Shown here in pieces: positions 12,458 through 24,075 of a DNA stretch of 64,000 nucleotides (positions are counted from its first letter, which is position 1; each line of letters begins with the position of its first letter). The notes under the pieces are model-generated. The model was given only the letters and a program-made list of their open reading frames with translations. It searched no databases and had not been told where the DNA came from. The stretch lies in NCBI RefSeq assembly GCF_009914755.1, contig NC_060926.1, one strand, 5' to 3'. The position numbers and the translations under genes are program-made. The stretch comes from the human T2T-CHM13v2.0 reference genome, Homo sapiens.

Positions 12458-12593
12458 GCAGTGGCTTACGCCTGTAATCCCAGCTACTCTGAAGGCTGAG
12501 GCAGGAGGATTGCTTGAGTGTGGGAGTTTGAGGTTAGCAGTAGTCTGGGCAACATAGTGAAACCTTGTTTCTAAAACAACAATAACAACAAAA
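12458..12593 (+). mobile_element. FLAM
   Basis: gcagtggcttacgcctgtaatcccagc...ggcaacatagtgaaacc followed by an A-rich tail. Confidence 0.8.
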
Positions 12594-12727
12594 TTGGTTA
12601 TGTCAATATTATTATAAATTGTTCATTATCTCAAATTTTAAGAAACTTACATAAGACCTTGTAAGAGTACTTGATATTGGCCATTTTAATTTCACAATGT
12701 GGGCAGATTATGCAAATGATTGGCATA

Positions 12728-13256
12728 CTGTTTAGGATTACTTCTATTAAATAACTGCACGAAACAAAAACTTTTAAATATTATGGCTTAAATAATATAG
12801 AAGTAGTTGTTTCCTCTTACACTAATAGAGATTCAGAGATATGATGCTTTGGGGCTTGTATGCCAACTCCACAGAGTCCTCAGAGATCTAGGCTCCTTCT
12901 AGTCACAACTATCTTCTTTAGGGCATGATATGTGTCCTTATATTAAAAAATGGCTTGTAGAGCTCCAGCTCTCATATCCATATTCCATGGAGCAGAACGG
13001 AGGAAAGAAAAGAACAGGCAAGGGGTATATACATCAGCTGTCTTTTAAGATGCTTTCCCAGAAGGCACAAAAAACATTTCCACTTAATTTCATCAGCCAG
13101 GAATTAGTCATATGGTCACATGTAATTGGGAAGGTGAGGCTGAGAAATATAGTTGTTTAGCTGGGTACATTTTGTTGCCTCAAATAAAACTAGAGGTCCT
13201 AAAACTGAGGAGGAGGGGGAGAATGAATATTGGCTATAGGCTTCTAGCAATTTGCC
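12728..13256 (-). mobile_element. MaLR LTR MLT1J-like
   Basis: gagctccagc, ttagtcatatggtcaca, gaggctgagaaat, gggggagaatgaatattgg. Confidence 0.6.
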
Positions 13257-13392
13257 CTAATTGGGTTACTTGAGTCATGAAGCCACACAGACCCTGCCAA
13301 ATAGCTGACAGACTTGCTTTCCCCAGCTTCACTGACAGACCATGGTGGCTTCTAACTGCGGTCTGGAAATAGCCCTAAATATTGCCTAGCTA

Positions 13393-13705
13393 TTTTTTCT
13401 TTCTTTGAGATAGGGTCTCACTCTGTCACCGAGGCTGGAGTACAGTGGTGCAATCACAGCTCACCAAGGCTCAGGTGATCTCCCAGGCTCAGGTGATCCT
13501 CCCACCTCAGCCTCCTGAGTAGCTGGGACTACAGGCACACACCACCACACCTGGCTAATTGTTTGCATTTTGTTTTGTTTTGTTTTGTAGAGATGGGATT
13601 TCACCATTTTGCCCAGGCTAATCTGTAACTCCTGGACTGAAGCAATTCACCCACCTTGGCCTCCCAAAATGCTGGGATTACAGGTGTGAGCCAACATGCC
13701 TGGCC
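13393..13705 (-). mobile_element. AluJ with a small internal duplication (aggctcaggtgatc x2)
   Basis: Full dimer with J diagnostics. Confidence 0.9.
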
Positions 13706-13731
13706 TTGCTAAGCTAATTCTTACATAAAGT

Positions 13732-15272
13732 TTTTAATTTATTTTTAATTTTTGTGGGTACATAGCAGGTGAATATATGGATTACATGAGACATTTTGAC
13801 ACAGGCATGCAATGCATAATAATCACATCAGGGTAAATGAGGTATCAATCATCTCAAGCATTTATCCTTTGTGTTACAAATAATCCAATTATACTCCTTT
13901 AGTGTTTTCAAAATGTACAATTAAATTATTTTTTACTTTAGTCATTTTGTTGTGCTAGCAAATACTAGATCTTATTCATTCTTTCTAACTATTTTTTTTG
14001 TGCCCACCAACCATCCCCACTTTCCTATCACATCCCCACTTTCCTATCTCTGCCTTCATAGACTCTGGTAACCATCCTTCTACTCTCTATCTCCATGAGT
14101 TCAATTATTTTAATTTTTAGCTCCCACAAATAAGTGAGAACATGCAAAACTTACTTCTCTGTGCCTGGCTTATTTCACTTAACATAATGACCTCTAGTTC
14201 CATCCATCTTGTTACCAATGACAGGATCTCATTCTTTTTTATGGCTGAATAGTACTCCATTGTATATATGTACCATATTTTCTTTATCTGTTCATCTGCT
14301 GGTGGATACAGGTTGCTTCCAAATCTTGGCTATTGTGAATACTGCTGCAATAAATATGGAAGGGTAGATATCTCTTTGATATACTGATTTCCTTTCTTTT
14401 GGGTATATACCTATGGGTGGGATTGCTGGATCCTATGGTAGGATTTTTAGTTTTTTGAAAAACTTCCAAACTGTTCTCCATAGTGGTTGTACTAATATAC
14501 AGTCCCACCAACAGTGTATAAGGCTTCTCTTTTCTCCACATCCTTGCTAGCATTTGTTATTGCCTGACTTTTGGATAAACGCCATTTTAACTGGGGTGAG
14601 ATGGTATCTAATTGTAGTTTTGATTTGCATTTCTCTGATGATTAATGATGTTGAGCACCTTTTCATATGCCTGTTGGCCATTTGTGTGTCTTCTTTTGAG
14701 AAATGTCTATTCAGGTCTTTTGCCCATTTTTAATCAGATTATTAGTTTTTTTTTTTTCCTACAGAGTTGTTTGGGCTCCTTATATAATATATTCTGGTTA
14801 TTAATTCCTTGTTAGATAGGTAGTTTGCAGACATTTTCTCCCATTCTGTGGGTTGTTCTTTGCTTTGTTGATTGTATCCTTTGCTGTGCAAAAGTTATTT
14901 AACTTGAAATGATCCCATTTGTCCATGTTTGCTTTGGTTGTCTGTGCTTGTGGGGTATTACATAAGAAATCATTGCCCAGACCAATATCCTGGAGAGCTT
15001 CCCCAATGTTTTATTGTAGTAGTTTCATAGTTTGAGGTCTTGGGTTTAAGTCTTTAGTTGATTTTGATTTGATTTTTGTATGTGGCAAGAGATAGGGGTC
15101 TGGTTTCACTCTTTTGCATATGGGTATCTCCTTTCCCAGCACCATTTATTGAAGAAATTATCATTTCTTCAATGTATGTTCGTGGCACCTTTGTCAAAAA
15201 ATGAGTTCACTGTAGATGTGTGGACGTACCTCTGGGTTCTCTATTCTGTTTCACTGCTCTATGTGTCTGTTC
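13732..15272 (-). mobile_element. L1MA (L1MA1-3-like) 3' 1.5 kb
   Basis: Typical antisense L1 3'UTR and ORF2 end. The ORF at 14284-14553 translates as L1 ORF2 C-terminal-like ([17 protein letters not shown]). Confidence 0.9.
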
Positions 15273-16269
15273 CCGGGTAATTTAAAAAACTTAAATGAAG
15301 TAGAGCACCCAGAGAAAACTTTTTGATTTTAGAGCCATTGAAGGGTTGCTCCAAATGATAGGTCCAGATCTCTGACCCTCACATCGTGTTGTTTATACCA
15401 CATACAGGTTCCTGTCTAGAGGACCCTGGATACAGTTTATCCCATCTTCAAAAGTAACCTCCTCCCCGCTTCCTTCCCTATTATAAACCTATCAGTTTAT
15501 TGGACATTCTATCAAAATTTACTTGCTTAGTAAATTGCAACTCTGGCTCACTTTTATGTGAGATGTAGTCATGGTTATCCTGTGACTATTATTCTACTCT
15601 CTCACTAGTAATACCTTAGATGAGATGTAGGCAAAGAATCCTGTGGTACTTTTTACCTTCATGTAAAGAAATTCACCAAGACCAGTGCAAGAATTAGATG
15701 GTGATTTCCTTTTATGACTCATCCCCTAGCTTCTGACTTTTTAAGTGCAGAGTGGCTATGGACAAAGTTCATGGGTTTAAGAGAACACCCTGCCTGCCCT
15801 TCCCACCACCCCCATCCTGGCATTACTGGTTTTCAAAATGTGCATTGCAGTCTTACATCTGACTCAGGGCAGCTGAAATGCTTCAACAGTGCAAAATGAA
15901 ACTGCTCTGTCTCCTTTCTTATGATACCACATCTGAATAATCCCCTATACTGCAGAGAAAAGAAAGACATAATGTGGTTTTATCTCAAACCAGAAGTAAG
16001 CAAATCAATAATTGACCATATTAACTAACTCAGTGCTGGGAAAGAGACTTCTTGTTATTACTCCTTAAAGCAAAACAGAAACAAAAAGTAAACAACTTTA
16101 AAACCAATGTAAAATTATACCACATTTAAAAAATCACATATTTTAGTTATAGTCAATTACTTTGAGACATTTTTTTTTCCTGAGGGAATACACCAAGAAG
16201 TAGCCTCGTCCAAAGGAAGCCATTCTTTGGGGCCTTATTGGAATTTTATTTGACTCTCTCCCTCCCTCC

Positions 16270-16600
16270 CACTACTCTAATTTCCTATTCTTTCTGTTCC
16301 TCAGTCATATCAAAGTTGCCCTTCCCCTGACACTTTTGCAGGAACTGCTCCCTCTGCCAGCTGTGCTCTTTGCTCAGATCTTCAATGGCTGATCACTTTC
16401 TGACAGTCAGGTTATAGTTTAAATGCCACCTCCTCTAAGAAGGCTTTCCTGACCATTCCATCCAAAGCAACCACATCCATTACTCTCTCCTGCCACCCTG
16501 TTTTATTTTACTACAGCATTTATTATCATCTAATAGTTCATTTTTTATTTTTTATTGTCTGCACCTTCTCCTCAATTAGAGTTTCAATTTAGCACCTCCT
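16270..16600 (+). mobile_element. L2 fragment
   Basis: aaatgccacctcctctaagaaggctttcctgacca, cagcatttattatcatct. Confidence 0.6.
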
Positions 16601-16646
16601 TATGTCTGGCAAAATAGTCTCTACTTCACTGGTGTTCAGTTTTGGG

Positions 16647-16849
16647 CAGGCTTTCTCTGTCTTGGATTACTGACATTTGGGACCACACAAACCTTCACTG
16701 TGGGGAGGCTATGCTGTGCATTCTAGGATGTTTTACAATATCTCTGGCCTCTATTCATTAGATGCATTTTTGGTGGTGACAACCAAAATGTCTCCAGATA
16801 CTGTCAAAGTTCCCTAGGAGACAAAATTGCATGTGGTTGAGAGGTACTG
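16647..16849 (-). mobile_element. MER20 (hAT-Charlie)
   Basis: gtgacaaccaaaatgtctccagat...ggttgagaggtactg, the reverse complement of the MER20 consensus. Confidence 0.8.
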
Positions 16850-16909
16850 GTTTAGGCTGTTAGCTGCTGTGTAGCTGCTATGGTTGTCAGGAGACAACAT
16901 TGTCTTAGA

Positions 16910-17150
16910 GTAGTAATAGCTATCATTTGTTGAATGCCTACAGGTATTGAGCACTGTTCTACAGGCTTAACATTTAGTATTTACTATTTAATAAAGTAAT
17001 AGTAACTTTAGTAAAATAATAGTAAACATTTAGTCTTTACTATTATCCTCATTTTACAGATTGGGAAACTGAGGCACATGATTACTTGCTTAAGTTCACA
17101 CCGTTAGTAAGTGGGGAAGTCCGGAATTCAAACCAGGCTCCAGAACTCTA
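16910..17150 (-). mobile_element. MIR
   Basis: Core atcctcattttacagattgggaaactgaggcaca. Confidence 0.8.
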
Positions 17151-17261
17151 TGCTAACAGGAGTGGGCAGTGCTGTGGGATTCTCACTGCCGTGTCCCTGG
17201 TGGCAGAGACTGGACAGCAAATGGGCTCCCTACCCACTCAAACCCACACAGTTGTTTGCTC

Positions 17262-17420
17262 AGAGTGACCATGGGCAAGTGACGACTTTCCTCTCTGAGC
17301 CTCAGTTACCTCTGTAAATAGTAGTAACAATAATAATAAATTCCATGTAGAGTTGCTTTAGGAACTCAGTGCAATAGCCTAAGCGAAAATAGCAGGTTTC
17401 TGGCACATAGTAAGTTCTGA
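17262..17420 (+). mobile_element. MIR
   Basis: gtgaccatgggcaagt...ctctctgagcctcagtt...ctgtaaa. Confidence 0.75.
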
Positions 17421-17827
17421 ATTCATTTCCTCTCTCCTTCCTTTCCTCTTGGCTCCAAGCTCCAAGCACTGAAAGCAGATCCTAAAGACCTTGGTCAGAC
17501 AGCGCATTGGGAAATCTAACCTTTCAGCAATCTGCGGAGCCGCCCTGCTGTTGACCAGAAGCAGGGGAAGCAGCCCCCTTAGCAATAGCCTGCCGGGTTA
17601 GCAATCTTGTTCTCCTGTGCTAATAACCAACAGCACAAGTCATCAGCACTTTCCCGTTAAGCCAAAAGGGGCTTTTAAATCTATGCTGATTAGATGCCCC
17701 TGGGCCTCGCTGACAAGTAGTCTTCCTTTCTCCATTTCTTGATGTGAGTCAGTGAATTAATTGCCTGACCTATTGTTTTCTAACACGGCAAATTAAATGA
17801 ATTTTCGGGTGAATAGCCCAAGCCTTT

Positions 17828-17846
17828 TGGCCTGCAGGGGGCGTCC
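17828..17846 (+). promoter_or_regulatory. Candidate CTCF site
   Basis: tggCCTGCAGGGGGCGtcc closely matches the CTCF core CCASYAGRKGGCR and lies in non-repeat DNA with the CpG retained. Confidence 0.5.
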
Positions 17847-17930
17847 TTTGCAAACATAAATCTGTTGGTGCTCAGGCTAGCTGGTAGAGCCCCATCAAAA
17901 ATTGGATGCCTTTGAAAAGTTTGCTTAGAG

Positions 17931-18400
17931 CAGGGGTTCTAAATTTGGTGCGCACAAATCTCCATGGATAAAATTCTGTGAACTTGGATGGGAAAAACGC
18001 TATATGTTTATTTTCACTAAGCTCCAACTGAAATTTAGCATTTTCTTCAATTATGAATATAGGCAACAAATTACAGATATTTACAGATTCCACTACGGTT
18101 GTTGCAGATATCTTGAAATACCATTTACATCTCATGACTTCAAAATTACAGTAGCTATAGGACTACTGCTGGATCTTGTCATTTAATGTATTAATAAAAA
18201 AGCACATACAGAATTATATCACAAATTTGTTTTTGTTGTTGATATTTTAATAACTGTCTTTTGATATCATTGGTTTGCCTTGTAATCTTATGTATTTAGT
18301 TTTATTAAGTTTAAGACATTATTTTGAGAAGGAGCCCATGGATTTCCCCAGACTGGCAAAAGGGCTCATGGTACCAAAAAAAAAAAAAAAATTAACACCT
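17931..18400 (+). mobile_element. Charlie4a-like hAT transposon
   Basis: caggggttct terminus; gtgaacttggatgggaaaaa...actgaaatttagcattt...ttatgaatataggcaacaaa. Confidence 0.75.
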
Positions 18401-18549
18401 GGCTGAGAGGCCAATAGGACTGGAGAAAAGAAGTCAGTCTTAAAGGGAATCTTTGTGCTCAATAATTTTAGTCATGACTCAATTCTTGCCCTTCCATCTT
18501 TTCCAGTGACATAAACATGTCCCACACTTATATTAAAACTATTAACCCC

Positions 18550-19725
18550 TCGTAGACTTTGGCTTAGACAAAGACTTCACAACCAAGAGCCCAAAAGCAA
18601 ATGTAACAAAAACAAAGATAAGTGGAACTTAATTAAGCAAAAAGCCTTCCGCACAGCAAAATAAATAATCAGCAGAGTTCACAGACAACCCACAGAGTGG
18701 GAGAAAATACTCACAATCTATATATCTGACAAAGGACTAGTATCCAGAATCTACAAATAATTCAAACAAATCAGCAAGTAAAAAGCCAAACAATCCCATC
18801 AAAAAGTGGGATAAAGACATAAATAGACAATTCTCAAAAGAAGATACACAAATGGCTGGCAAGCATATGGAAAAATGCTCAACATCACTAATTATCAGGG
18901 AAATGTAAATTGAAACTACAATGTGATACCACTTTACTTCTGCAAGAATGGCCATAATTAAAAAATAATAGATGTTAGCATGGATGTGGTGAAAAGGGAA
19001 CAGTTTTACACTGTTGGTGGGATTGTAAACTAGTACAACCACCATGGAAAACAGTGTGGAGATTCTGTGAAGAACTAAAAGTGGATCTACCGTTTAATTC
19101 AGCAATCCCACTACTAGGTATCTACCCAGAGGAAAATAAGTCATTATATAAAAAGATACTTGCACACACGTTTACAGCAGTACAATTTGCAATTGCAAAA
19201 TATGGAACCAGCCCAAGTGCCCATCAATCAACGAGTACATAAAGACACTCTGGTATATACCAGAGTGTCTTTATGTACTCGTTGATATATATATATGTAC
19301 ATATATATATATATACACACACACATATATATCAACGAGTAAATATCAACACATATATATATGATGGAATACTACTCAGCCATAAAAAGGAATGAAATAA
19401 TGGCATTTGCAGCAACCTGGATGGAACTGACTAATATTCTAAGTGAAGTAACTCAGGAATGGAAAACCAAACATCGTTATGTTCTCACTCATATGTGGGA
19501 GCTAAGCTATGAGGACTCAAAGGCATAAGAATGATACCTTGGACTTTGGGGACTCTGGGGAAAGGATGAGGGATGGTGAAGAATAAAAGACTACACACTG
19601 GATACAGTGTACACTGCTGGGGTGATGGGTGCACCAAAAGCTCAGAAATCACCACTAAAGAATTTATTCATGGAACCAAATACTCCCTGTTCCCCCCAAA
19701 CCTACTGAAATCAAAAAATAAAAAA
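18550..19725 (+). mobile_element. L1PB (L1PB1/2-like) 3' 1.2 kb, 5'-truncated
   Basis: L1PB-type 3'UTR (gtgatgggtgcaccaaaa...ctcagaaatcaccactaaag); TSD aaaactattaacc / aaaagctattagcc. Confidence 0.9.
19227..19286. repeat. Perfect 60-bp spacerless palindrome
   Basis: atcaacgagtacataaagacactctggtat|ataccagagtgtctttatgtactcgttgat. Confidence 0.95.
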
Positions 19726-20561
19726 TTTTCAAAAGCTATTAGCCATGATGCTTGGCAGTGTGCAATTTACAACATCAGGGTAGAATTTTGGTGTATTCAG
19801 AATTATGTTGACTGACTAAATTTTAGCACATCCAGGATGCCTGTCATCCTGGCCTTGGGAAGGAGAGGCCCAGCGTTTCCAGCTGCTTTTACAATTTTTG
19901 TTATGCTTGATTGACTTCCAGGGCTCGGGAATCTTCTGAAAGCCTAGGAGTTTCTGTGCAGGCTCAGCACTGAGATTTATTGCTTTTCAGCAAGAAGGTC
20001 TAGCATTCTGAGAGTGTTCCTTCTAGAATCTACTCTTCTCCCACTCCCTCAAGAAAAACTCTGAAATATCTATAGACAGAGAGGAAGAATTGGAAACTTA
20101 CACATAGTTTCTTTCTGCATATTCCTATTTCTTTTCTCTTAGGGAAGTGGGACCACCCTATGGGGACAGGACCAGACTGTGCCAGACTGCGCCAGGGTGA
20201 GGTGTCCAGGTTTCCTGACCAACCCTGCTTGCTTATCCAGGCCTTGGCATCTGAGGGCACAGGAACCGGGCAAGCCCAGGCAAGGACTGTCCCCTTAGCC
20301 CTTTCTTCCCCCCCTCTCTCAGGCTCCTCCTTTCTCTCCGCTGGGTCTTTATGCTGCTCCCTCCTCATCTACTCCTCAGGCCTGCCTTTCCACTCCCAAA
20401 TCCAACCTTTTCCTTCCATTCCCTGGAAAAACAATCATGATCCCTGCAGCAGCAATAATAACAAAACAAAAGCCACTCCCTTTATTTATTAAAAACCCCT
20501 AATGTGCAGGTAATATGTGTGGCACTTCAACTGCACCTTCTCATTAACCCCTTTAATCAGC

Positions 20562-21108
20562 TCTTGTGGGTTGATGGTGTCTGCCAAGATTCATGTTCAC
20601 CTGGCAACTCAGAATTTGACCTTATTTGGGCCTTTGCAGAAGTAATTACTTAAGGATCAAGAAGAAATCACTGTGGAGTAGGGTGGGCCCTAAATCCAAT
20701 GACTGGTGATGTTTTAAGAAGAGGATAGAGCACAGAGACACAGAGAGAAGACCATGTGAAGACAGAGGCAGAGACTGGCGTTAAGCACCCATAAGCCAAG
20801 GAGTGCCTGGAGCCTCCTTGTAACAGACAAAGAAGGATTCTTCCTTAGATCCTTTAGGGGGAACATGGCCATGCTGATACTTTGATTTCAGACTTCCGGC
20901 CTCCAGAACTATGAGAGAAAAAGTTCCTGTTGCTTTAGAACTTTTATTGTTTTACGTTTGTGGTACTTTGTTAAGACATCCATAGGAAACCAATAGCCAT
21001 GCCTCCTAGATGCACTAAAATTTAGTCAGTCAACATAATTCTGAATACACTAAAATTTTATCCAGATGTTGTAAATTGCACTGCCAAGCATCATGGCTAA
21101 TAGTTTCA
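20562..21108 (+). mobile_element. MLT1B solo LTR carrying a 111-bp insertion 2 bp from its 3' end
   Basis: tagggtgggccctaaatccaatgactggtg; TSD tcagc at 20557-20561 and 21109-21113. Confidence 0.85.
20996..21106 (-). repeat. Inverted copy of 19733-19845
   Basis: Manual alignment gives 11 substitutions and one 2-bp indel over 111 bp, with a 36-bp identical core. Confidence 0.92.
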
Positions 21109-22144
21109 TCAGCCAATAAGATGGGCATTATTACCCCTGTTTGTTCAATGAAGAAACCCAGACAAAATGTGTAATACCTGCAAAGATTTGCATATCCAGT
21201 GAGGGCTGTGGGATTGTAACCCTGATCTAAGTAACCCCATCTCCTTCCAATCTCCCTTCAACAGTGCTGGATTCAATTAACTGTTGACTTTGTTGATTAA
21301 AGTAATTCATATTCAAATTTGAGGAGGTATTGAATAATACCGTTGGTAGCTGTGTTGTAGAGGAGTGTAGAATTCCCTAAGACCTTCTGGCATATCTGAA
21401 GAAGGGAAGGGTTGAAATAGGAGCAGCTCTCTCTGCTGTTTCTGCTTAACAACTCTTAGAGAAAATTAGCAGGAATCTGCATCATACCAGTCCCATTCCC
21501 TGGGAAGGTTTGCTCTCCTCCCTTCACTTTCATTCCTCTCCAGGCTAATTTAGGGGGTTCTACAGATGTTCAAAATGATGAATTAAGATCATTCTCTGAG
21601 GCAGGCTTCTTGTCATTGCCATAAGCCATCAATTTCCCAGCAGATTATATTAGGAACATTTTTATAAGCCCAAAATGGCATTATAAAAGTGTGGTAAAGT
21701 TATTTGTTGGTGGAGAACAGAGAGGACTTGCTTTTGCCCAGGAGGACTTTCTTCCCCCGCTGCATAGGAACATTTCAAAGAAAACAGGTGTCCATCCTTA
21801 TAAAATCACTCCATTCCTGTGGCTCTTGCAGGTACTGCCATATTCCACATGCCCGTTCCCTCACGTGGTGTGTAGGTCCTGGGGATGTTAAACACTTATG
21901 GACCTCAAATGGCATCAGCATGGTGCGTGGATGGCCTGTGACTTGCTATCATGAGTCTGTCAGGGATGCAATGATGTCAGCTCACTTGGCTGAGGGGCTG
22001 GCAGTTTAACAATGTCCCTATCCTTGGCTTGTCAAGAGTTATAAGCTTACACAGTGATAGGAAAGTTTTTATTTAAAAAACAGAATTTCTAACACAAGAT
22101 CAATTTTTGTCTTGGCAGTCCTGATACTGTCACTTTAGGTAAAA

Positions 22145-23095
22145 ATCACAAGTTCAAATCCCAGCTCAGTTCTCACCAGGTGGGTGTCCTCAGGCAAGGT
22201 CTTCAGCTTCCCTGGGCTCTGGGCCTTTCCACTGTGACAATACTAACCCATTTCAAAGGCTGGTGTTAGACTGAAACTATTAAAGTCAAGCAGAAAATAA
22301 AAATGGGAAAAAGCAAAGCAATAAAAAGGGTGTGTTATCCCTCACCCCCACACTCCCGTTTAATGTTAAGGGAGTCTGAATATACTCAGATGCGGCTATG
22401 ACCAGAGAGCTACTTGCCAACAGCAAGAAACAGATTTTCCTAAATGATTTTTTTTAAAGCTGTTAATTCCCTTTTTTTTATTTCCCATCTAATTCCTGGC
22501 AGGAGAATAGACAGCGGGGAATAAAAACCTCTGTTGAGTTGGCAATTTTAGTACTCATATACAAGACTGTTTTATCATCAATCCTCTGAGGTCAGGGGGT
22601 CTATAAAGACATAAAGGGAGTCTTTCTTTCTAGTTGTGTTTGAGCCAGGACACTTGGGCTCTTTCCTAGTGTCTTACAGAACCAGCTTTTTACTTCTGCT
22701 GGTCCAGCCTCCTTACTTAACAGCCAGAGAAATGGAGGCCAGAGGGTTTCATAGCCCTTCAGGCTTTGTTTTCCTCATCTGTAAAATGGGGATGATGGTT
22801 CCTACCTTAGAGGATTGTTCTATATTTTAAGGGAGTAGAGCCATACCTGGCATATGATAAGCCCAATGTAAGTGAGAGGCAGCAAAGCTTGATAATAAAG
22901 AGATAATCTCTATATCAGATGGTCGGGCCCACTTCCTGGACTGCCCCTTACTATTAGTGACCTTGGATGAGTTACTTAACAGTCCTGCTCCTTGTAGAGT
23001 TGTCACAAGGATTAAATTAGTTAACATACATAAAACACTTAGTGTCTGTCACATCGTTAAGTGCTATACTGGAATTAATTCTTACTATGGTTATT
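22145..23095 (+). mobile_element. Cluster of MIR fragments (~22145-22280, 22700-22870, 22930-23095)
   Basis: ttcaaatcccagctc; tttcctcatctgtaaaatgggga; gtgaccttggatgagttacttaac. Confidence 0.7.
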
Positions 23096-23329
23096 TTGAA
23101 AGACATTATGTGGTTTCTATAGAATTGTCCAGTTAATTAGTGGAGAGGGCCACAAATAGAATAAAAAAAAATTGGGGTCTTGTGTGTATTCTATACCAAA
23201 CCAACGTACCTAGTTATATACATAAGCGCCAGGTTCATTTCTAACTTCTTTAGGGCTACTTCTGACTCCTATGACTATGATAAAGCTAACTTGTTAATGT
23301 CATCCACCTAGATCGGTAGAGTTTGCAGC

Positions 23330-23790
23330 ACAGCTTAATTGGGAGGTTCATCAATAAGCCACACACATGCCCGTGGGACTTAGAAGGAAGCTCAGCCATT
23401 TGTCTCCATTAGAGGGCGCCAAGGGGAGACAGCATGGTGGAAGGAAGAGAAAGAACCAGTTGCTTCCTGTTCCTGTTAGGGTTTCCCAGCCATAGCCCTT
23501 CACCCCAGCAAAGGCAGTTGATTCCAGTGTGCAGTTTTCCCAGCCTCTGCGGACACCCGCTTTTCAAAGATCAGAATCTGTCCTCTGAGATCCTAACAAG
23601 CCCAACCTTCTCCCTTTGTTCCCCAGCCTGAAGTGGTGACTACTTTCTGCAGTTATTATTTCTGCTACATTTCAGTGGCCCCTTTTTTGCCTTGTCAATT
23701 CTTTAATCTCTAGCTAAAAATTCTTTATATTGAATTCTAATTCTCACTGATAAAATAATCGAAGTGCTGTATTTCTTCTTACTGGTATAC
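23330..23790 (+). mobile_element. ERVL LTR of the LTR33/LTR41 group
   Basis: ccctttgttccccagcc...gtggtgactactttctgcagtt...tttatattgaattc...actggtataca. Confidence 0.55.
23403..23421 (+). promoter_or_regulatory. Candidate CTCF site (LTR-borne)
   Basis: CCATTAGAGGGCGC at 23406-23419, one mismatch to CCACTAGAGGGCGC. Confidence 0.5.
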
Positions 23791-24004
23791 ACATGAATAT
23801 GCAGTTATAAAAATAATACATAAATAGAGGCCAACAGAAAGTCCTCAATGATATCACCCCCTTTTCTCGCTGCAGACTGAACGTGATCATGTAAGTTATG
23901 TCTCCTTTGAGTATCTGTCACTTAGTTACTCCACTCCCTAGAGGAAACCACAGCTATCAGCAGGTGTCTGTCCCTCTAGAACTTTAACAAATACATTTAC
24001 ATGG

Positions 24005-24075
24005 ATATATATGTATATATACACACACACATATATACACACACATACATATATATATACACACACATATATATG
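24005..24075. repeat. (TA)n/(CA)n compound microsatellite within an L1ME-like fragment (~23800-24170)
   Basis: Directly visible. Confidence 0.85.

Larger units (their letters stand above)
20455..21230 (-). mobile_element. MIR split by MLT1B
   Basis: MIR-like 20455-20560 resumes at ~21114 (attattacccctg...atgaagaaac). Confidence 0.55.

Noticed and set aside
14011-14050. Short tandem duplications (catccccactttcctatc x2; similar ones at ~13467, ~42982, ~50570, ~51820)
   Set aside because: Ordinary slippage-type duplications.
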